Source of the DNA: a virus
Taxonomy: Duplodnaviria > Heunggongvirae > Uroviricota > Caudoviricetes
Reading direction: 5' to 3' (one strand)
IMG/VR virus record: IMGVR_UViG_2703718673_000017
Length of the DNA stretch: 9,706 nt
In this document: positions 6,663-9,706 of the stretch, in pieces
How the letters are laid out: each line of letters begins with the position of its first letter
How positions within the stretch are numbered: the first letter of the stretch is position 1
Made by a program: the position numbers and the translations under genes
Notes under the pieces: model-generated
What the model was told of the DNA's origin: nothing
Seen by the model: the letters and a program-made list of their open reading frames with translations, nothing else
Database searches by the model: none

Positions 6663-6690
6663 ATTCTACTTAACTCTCGCTTTACAGCAA
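6663..6690 (-). promoter_or_regulatory. Putative hok mRNA promoter
   Basis: Minus strand: -35 TTGCTG (6690..6685), 16-nt spacer, -10 TAGAAT (6668..6663). The predicted start near 6656 (GGGUGCUUGAGGC...) resembles the R1 hok mRNA 5' end (GGCGCUUGAGGC...) as I recall it. Confidence 0.45.
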
Positions 6691-6730
6691 ACCGTTTTGC
6701 CCGATATGGGAATTCCCATACGGAATGAAT

Positions 6731-6835
6731 TCAGTTCCCCAGGCGCTCCATCAAAAACACAACCAGGCAGTAAACACCCACAACAGCAATAACAGCCAGA
6801 GCGCCTTCCATTACCAGTGAAATATCATCCGACAT
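6731..6835 (-). CDS. Small hydrophobic peptide, 34 aa, single predicted TM helix (not in ORF track)
   Basis: ATG 6835..6833 preceded by SD GGGAGGG (6845..6839, 3-nt spacer). Translation MSDDISLVMEGALAVIAVVGVYCLVVFLMERLGN, stop TGA 6733..6731. Same strand as all other genes. Confidence 0.4.
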   Translation of the reverse strand: MSDDISLVMEGALAVIAVVGVYCLVVFLMERLGN

Positions 6836-6870
6836 ATTCCCTCCCTTGGTGTGAATCCCGGCGAACGTTT

Positions 6871-6948
6871 TTACCCCCACCGACAAATAACATATACTAG
6901 AAAAGCAATAGCTATAGCAACGCCTGCAAATGCATCTGGCCGGCTCAT
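6871..6948 (-). CDS. Small hydrophobic peptide, 25 aa, single predicted TM helix (not in ORF track)
   Basis: ATG 6948..6946 overlaps the stop of the 190-aa gene (ATGA). SD GGGGGAGAA (6960..6952). Translation MSRPDAFAGVAIAIAFLVYVICRWG, stop TAA 6873..6871. Confidence 0.4.
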   Translation of the reverse strand: MSRPDAFAGVAIAIAFLVYVICRWG

Positions 6949-7517
6949 TGGTTCTCCCCCTGTGTCGCTTCTACTGCGATCTGACTGGCGTATTCGTTAA
7001 TGGTAACGATAAGTTCTTGCTCGGCCTCATCCAGACAACTACCGATACCTCGCCTGTCCACTTCAGAAGCATCGAAATCTGCACGAAGCCTGGCGACCTT
7101 CAGGATTGCGGACAACACCTCATCAGGGATTGCCGGAGAGTTGGTTGACGTTTCCGAGATTATCCGAAAATTATTGGTTGACGAACCCTTATTTTCCCGA
7201 AAGTTTCCAGCCTGAAGCATGGCGGCGCGGTGACACCAGATAATCCAGCCAAGCGCCATATCCCATGCCATGTATTCTCTATCGCCATTTTTTGCTCTGC
7301 GGCGATCTACAGATTCCCCGAAACGCTTCTCCATAAATAATTCATAGGCTGCCCGTTCATCCGATACTGATGCCAGTGATGCCAGTGATGCCAGTGCAAT
7401 TTTTAATGCGGTAAGCATGTTGTTTTGATCTTCATCGAGTCCGAACGGTATTTCATCCCGTGATGACTCAATTCCGGTAATCGTGTTCTGTAGCCATTCT
7501 TTGGTTAATTCAGTCAT
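6945..7517 (-). CDS. Hypothetical protein, 190 aa, with internal ASL tandem repeat
   Basis: Track ORF with ATG start. No family recognised. Contains the 9-bp tandem repeat encoding ALASLASLASVS. Preceded by a 126-nt AT-rich intergenic region with an SD-hairpin-AUG arrangement. Confidence 0.7.
   Translation of the reverse strand: MTELTKEWLQNTITGIESSRDEIPFGLDEDQNNMLTALKIALASLASLASVSDERAAYELFMEKRFGESVDRRRAKNGDREYMAWDMALGWIIWCHRAAMLQAGNFRENKGSSTNNFRIISETSTNSPAIPDEVLSAILKVARLRADFDASEVDRRGIGSCLDEAEQELIVTINEYASQIAVEATQGENQ
7368..7394. repeat. Perfect 9-bp tandem repeat (tgatgccag x3) inside the 190-aa CDS
   Basis: Plus strand 7368-7376, 7377-7385 and 7386-7394 are identical 9-mers. In frame on the minus strand, encoding an (ASL)n tract. 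Confidence 0.85.
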
Positions 7518-7643
7518 TTTTCACTACCGCCCTTTCGGGCGGTCTCCTGATGTTCTGAGGGTGCAGGAATCCCTCCGGTTAAGGATTTAATAAAAATCAT
7601 TTCTGATTTAAATTTTCAGTGTTTAGTTGTTGGTTTATAGCCT

Positions 7644-7955
7644 TTATGCTTCGGCCTTATTTCTCAGCCATACACAAACAGGACCATCTTCGGTGTCATG
7701 TATCGAACCGATAAACCATCCCTCACCTTCTGGTCGCTCAGGTTCCCATGCTGAAATATCAGGGCCATCTGCGTCCAGATTAAAATCATCTTCATCCATA
7801 CTACGGATAGCCCACTGAAGATTATTTTTCTCCATCCAGGCGTTAAACTCTTCCGTTGAAATATATTCCCGACCATCACAGAATTTTTCATATTCAGGAT
7901 GCGTCCAGCAGCCATATTCATTACGTTCCACTGGCATTTCTTTAATTACGCTCAT
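7644..7955 (-). CDS. Hypothetical phage protein, 103 aa, acidic
   Basis: Track ORF. ATG 7955..7953 overlaps the stop of the upstream 62-aa gene (ATGA). G-rich SD (GGGGGG) 3 nt upstream. No confident family assignment. Confidence 0.65.
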   Translation of the reverse strand: MSVIKEMPVERNEYGCWTHPEYEKFCDGREYISTEEFNAWMEKNNLQWAIRSMDEDDFNLDADGPDISAWEPERPEGEGWFIGSIHDTEDGPVCVWLRNKAEA

Positions 7956-8140
7956 TTACCCCCCTTATTTAATTTTCTACGACACTTTTTACAATCATCT
8001 GGACTTTCGAATGTATCCGGCTCACGCTCATTGCCAAAATACATCCACCCACCGCAAATACTTGTTATTTCACCTTCAGCAAAATAATGATGTTTTTTCG
8101 CCATAAGTGGCCTTGCCCAGCCCGGATTCGTTTTACTCAC
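7952..8140 (-). CDS. Hypothetical small protein, 62 aa, possible Cys-rich zinc-binding motif (SICGGW ... DDCKKC)
   Basis: Track ORF. Start codon is GTG (8140..8138), supported by SD AAGGAGG with a 6-nt spacer; it overlaps the stop of the 118-aa gene (GTGA). Confidence 0.55.
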   Translation of the reverse strand: MSKTNPGWARPLMAKKHHYFAEGEITSICGGWMYFGNEREPDTFESPDDCKKCRRKLNKGGK

Positions 8141-8493
8141 TTGTTGCCTCCTTTGCGAAGCTCTGCGACTAACTCGTCACATATGTGCGTCAAAGAGCAA
8201 AGTTTGATTGCTGGATGTTCGCGCACCATCTCCACACCCTGCGCCCGCAATTCTGCCAGAAAAGCGTAGGGGTCAGTTTTTTCACTGTGGTACATGGCAT
8301 CATAGATAATCATTGCAGCGACACCTGCCTGTCCTGCATCTGTGACGGATATATGCTCAAGGGCTACGGCCATTGCGTGTTTCAACCTCTCATTTTCCAC
8401 CTCAAGCACCACACGATTAGCCTCCAGCTCTTCTATGCGTTTTTTTGCTGCTCCCAGCTCAACACGCAGCTCCTGATAGTTAATCTCGCTCAT
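8137..8493 (-). CDS. Hypothetical phage protein, 118 aa, N-terminal coiled-coil-like segment
   Basis: Track ORF. ATG 8493..8491 overlaps the stop of the 74-aa gene (ATGA). SD GGAGGAAGGAGA upstream. N-terminus has heptad-like charge pattern (ELRVELGAAKKRIEELEANRVVLEVENERLKHA). Confidence 0.7.
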   Translation of the reverse strand: MSEINYQELRVELGAAKKRIEELEANRVVLEVENERLKHAMAVALEHISVTDAGQAGVAAMIIYDAMYHSEKTDPYAFLAELRAQGVEMVREHPAIKLCSLTHICDELVAELRKGGNK

Positions 8494-8714
8494 TCTCCTT
8501 CCTCCCGCACTGCTGTTTTATATGCCCGAAGCACATGCGATGTTTTTCCTGACACAGTGCTTCTCAGAAAGAAAATTCCACTGGTGTTTATTACCAGATA
8601 CGGGTCAGCAAGACGCAGCATATCCAGTATGTGATTATGTTTTCTTGTTTCCAGCACCGTACTTGAAATAAGCATATGTGACACGGGGCCGAAATCATGA
8701 TATCTGATTTTCAT
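8490..8714 (-). CDS. Hypothetical small protein, 74 aa
   Basis: Track ORF. ATG 8714..8712 with moderate SD (AGGGTGA), 21 nt downstream of the stop of the 232-aa gene. First gene of a four-gene chain with overlapping stop/start codons. Confidence 0.6.
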   Translation of the reverse strand: MKIRYHDFGPVSHMLISSTVLETRKHNHILDMLRLADPYLVINTSGIFFLRSTVSGKTSHVLRAYKTAVREEGE

Positions 8715-8735
8715 ATCATCACCCTGCTGTAAAAA

Positions 8736-9434
8736 TTACCCGTTATCTCCTGTCGTTATTTTCTGTATGACATCACGATGCTTATTAATTTCCCGCAGCG
8801 CGGCGCATAAGCGCTCCCACTTCTGAACCTGACCTTTTGCCCGGCGCAGCTCGCGGTTAGCCACATGCAGCGATGGTAAAATCAGACCATCCGGATGCTT
8901 TCTGATGAACGACGACTGTGACTGCACTGTGACCGCCACACTTTCAGTTTTAATTTCTTCCTGTGTTTCCGCTTCCCGGACTGGTAACGCAACACCTGCC
9001 GGCTGAGGAAAGGCTTTACCATCGGTTTCCGTTACCGATGCAGCTTTCGGCTCTGCCGGTAAATTATCGCCCGGTATGCAGTAACGATATTTACCGTCCT
9101 GATTTACGCGAATCAGACGACCTTTGCTGACAGCCATCGCCAGTGATGAATTCGCCCGGCGGGAGGTAATCCCGAACATTAACGCCAGTTCGTCAGCCGA
9201 CTGAGGACCATGCTGTTCAATCGCGTTAATCAGCATCTCTGCAGTGGTTTTTGGGGCCGCTTCAGTTGCCTCACTCGTCAGCCACCACATCGACCCCTTG
9301 TTATCAGCTTCGCCACGACGCTTCAGCTTCCAGAGTTCGGTAACAGCATCGTCACGGCTGATTTCAAGACGGGCTGCAATCTCGTGCGACGAGGCTTTTT
9401 TCAGTGCTTTCAGTGCGTCAAAAACGGTTTCCAT
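8736..9434 (-). CDS. Hypothetical protein (about 232 aa) with two winged-helix/HTH-like segments
   Basis: Track ORF 8736..9500, with the internal ATG 9434..9432 preferred: it has SD GGGAGG and an 8-nt spacer and avoids overlap with the upstream gene. Segments [27 protein letters not shown] and [31 protein letters not shown] resemble winged-helix DNA-binding modules. Start at 9500 cannot be excluded. Confidence 0.65.
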   Translation of the reverse strand: METVFDALKALKKASSHEIAARLEISRDDAVTELWKLKRRGEADNKGSMWWLTSEATEAAPKTTAEMLINAIEQHGPQSADELALMFGITSRRANSSLAMAVSKGRLIRVNQDGKYRYCIPGDNLPAEPKAASVTETDGKAFPQPAGVALPVREAETQEEIKTESVAVTVQSQSSFIRKHPDGLILPSLHVANRELRRAKGQVQKWERLCAALREINKHRDVIQKITTGDNG

Positions 9435-9468
9435 TAAATTTTCCTCCCGGTAAAAATTACTTCTCAAC

Positions 9469-9706
9469 TCAGACAAAACCGGCCGCCTTCCGGCGCTCAT
9501 ATTCCTGTTTCAGCAATTCAATTGGCGTTGGCCCTGGCGGGCGTTTGGGTGCTGCCAGTTGTCGCCGGACTGGCGGAACACTGAGGCCATTACCAACATG
9601 CTTTGCCCATTTCGTCAGCTGCCTTTCCACAAGCCGTTTTAACTCCCCTTCGGTCATCTGGCGCTCAATCCCCTTTGAACGCATCTCGAGGCAAATGTGG
9701 TACAGC
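9469..9706 (-). CDS. Hypothetical protein, C-terminal portion; reading frame is open to the window edge
   Basis: Track ORF 9469..9684, but the frame stays open upstream through 9706 (LYHICLE precedes the Met) and no SD precedes ATG 9684. Probably the 3' end of a longer gene extending past the window. Confidence 0.45.
   Translation of the reverse strand, partial: LYHICLEMRSKGIERQMTEGELKRLVERQLTKWAKHVGNGLSVPPVRRQLAAPKRPPGPTPIELLKQEYERRKAAGFV

Noticed and set aside
6589-6792. Plus-strand track ORF (67 aa)
   Set aside because: It overlaps the hok leader, the hok promoter and the 34-aa minus-strand ORF, and has no SD. More likely non-coding.
7556-7643. AT-rich intergenic region upstream of the 190-aa gene as a promoter
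   Set aside because: Several weak -10-like hexamers (TATTAA, TATAAA) but no convincing -35 at proper spacing. Left uncalled; RNA-seq 5' ends would be needed.
8736-9500. Start at 9500 for the winged-helix protein (254-aa version)
   Set aside because: It would overlap the upstream gene by 32 nt and has a poorer SD than ATG 9434 (GGGAGG, 8-nt spacer). Not excluded, only disfavoured.
1-9706. CRISPR arrays, IS elements, integrase or att sites
   Set aside because: No regularly spaced direct repeats, terminal inverted repeats with a transposase ORF, or recombinase-like ORFs were found. The only tandem repeat is the 9-bp coding repeat at 7368-7394.

Overview
This window reads as the nin-region-to-late-gene segment of a lambdoid (Qin/Stx-phage-like) enterobacterial prophage, with every credible gene on the minus strand. 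Reading 5'->3' on that strand: a partial upstream gene, a winged-helix protein, four translationally coupled small genes (ATGA/GTGA overlaps), a 190-aa protein followed by two tiny single-TM peptide ORFs, a complete hok/mok/sok-type type I toxin-antitoxin locus, a small protein, a DUF968/HNH-like protein, RusA resolvase, a Q-family antiterminator with a putative late promoter and tR'-like terminator, a degraded cargo (moron) locus interrupted by a 139-nt N gap, the prophage NanS-p sialate O-acetylesterase, two small ORFs, and the 5' end of a dual-start holin. No Shiga toxin genes, tRNAs, CRISPR arrays, integrase or IS elements were seen. The most interesting unexplained item is the 190-aa plus two-peptide module, which is not in the ORF track and sits where Qin carries relBE. 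All homology calls are from memory of protein families and motifs; no database search was run.
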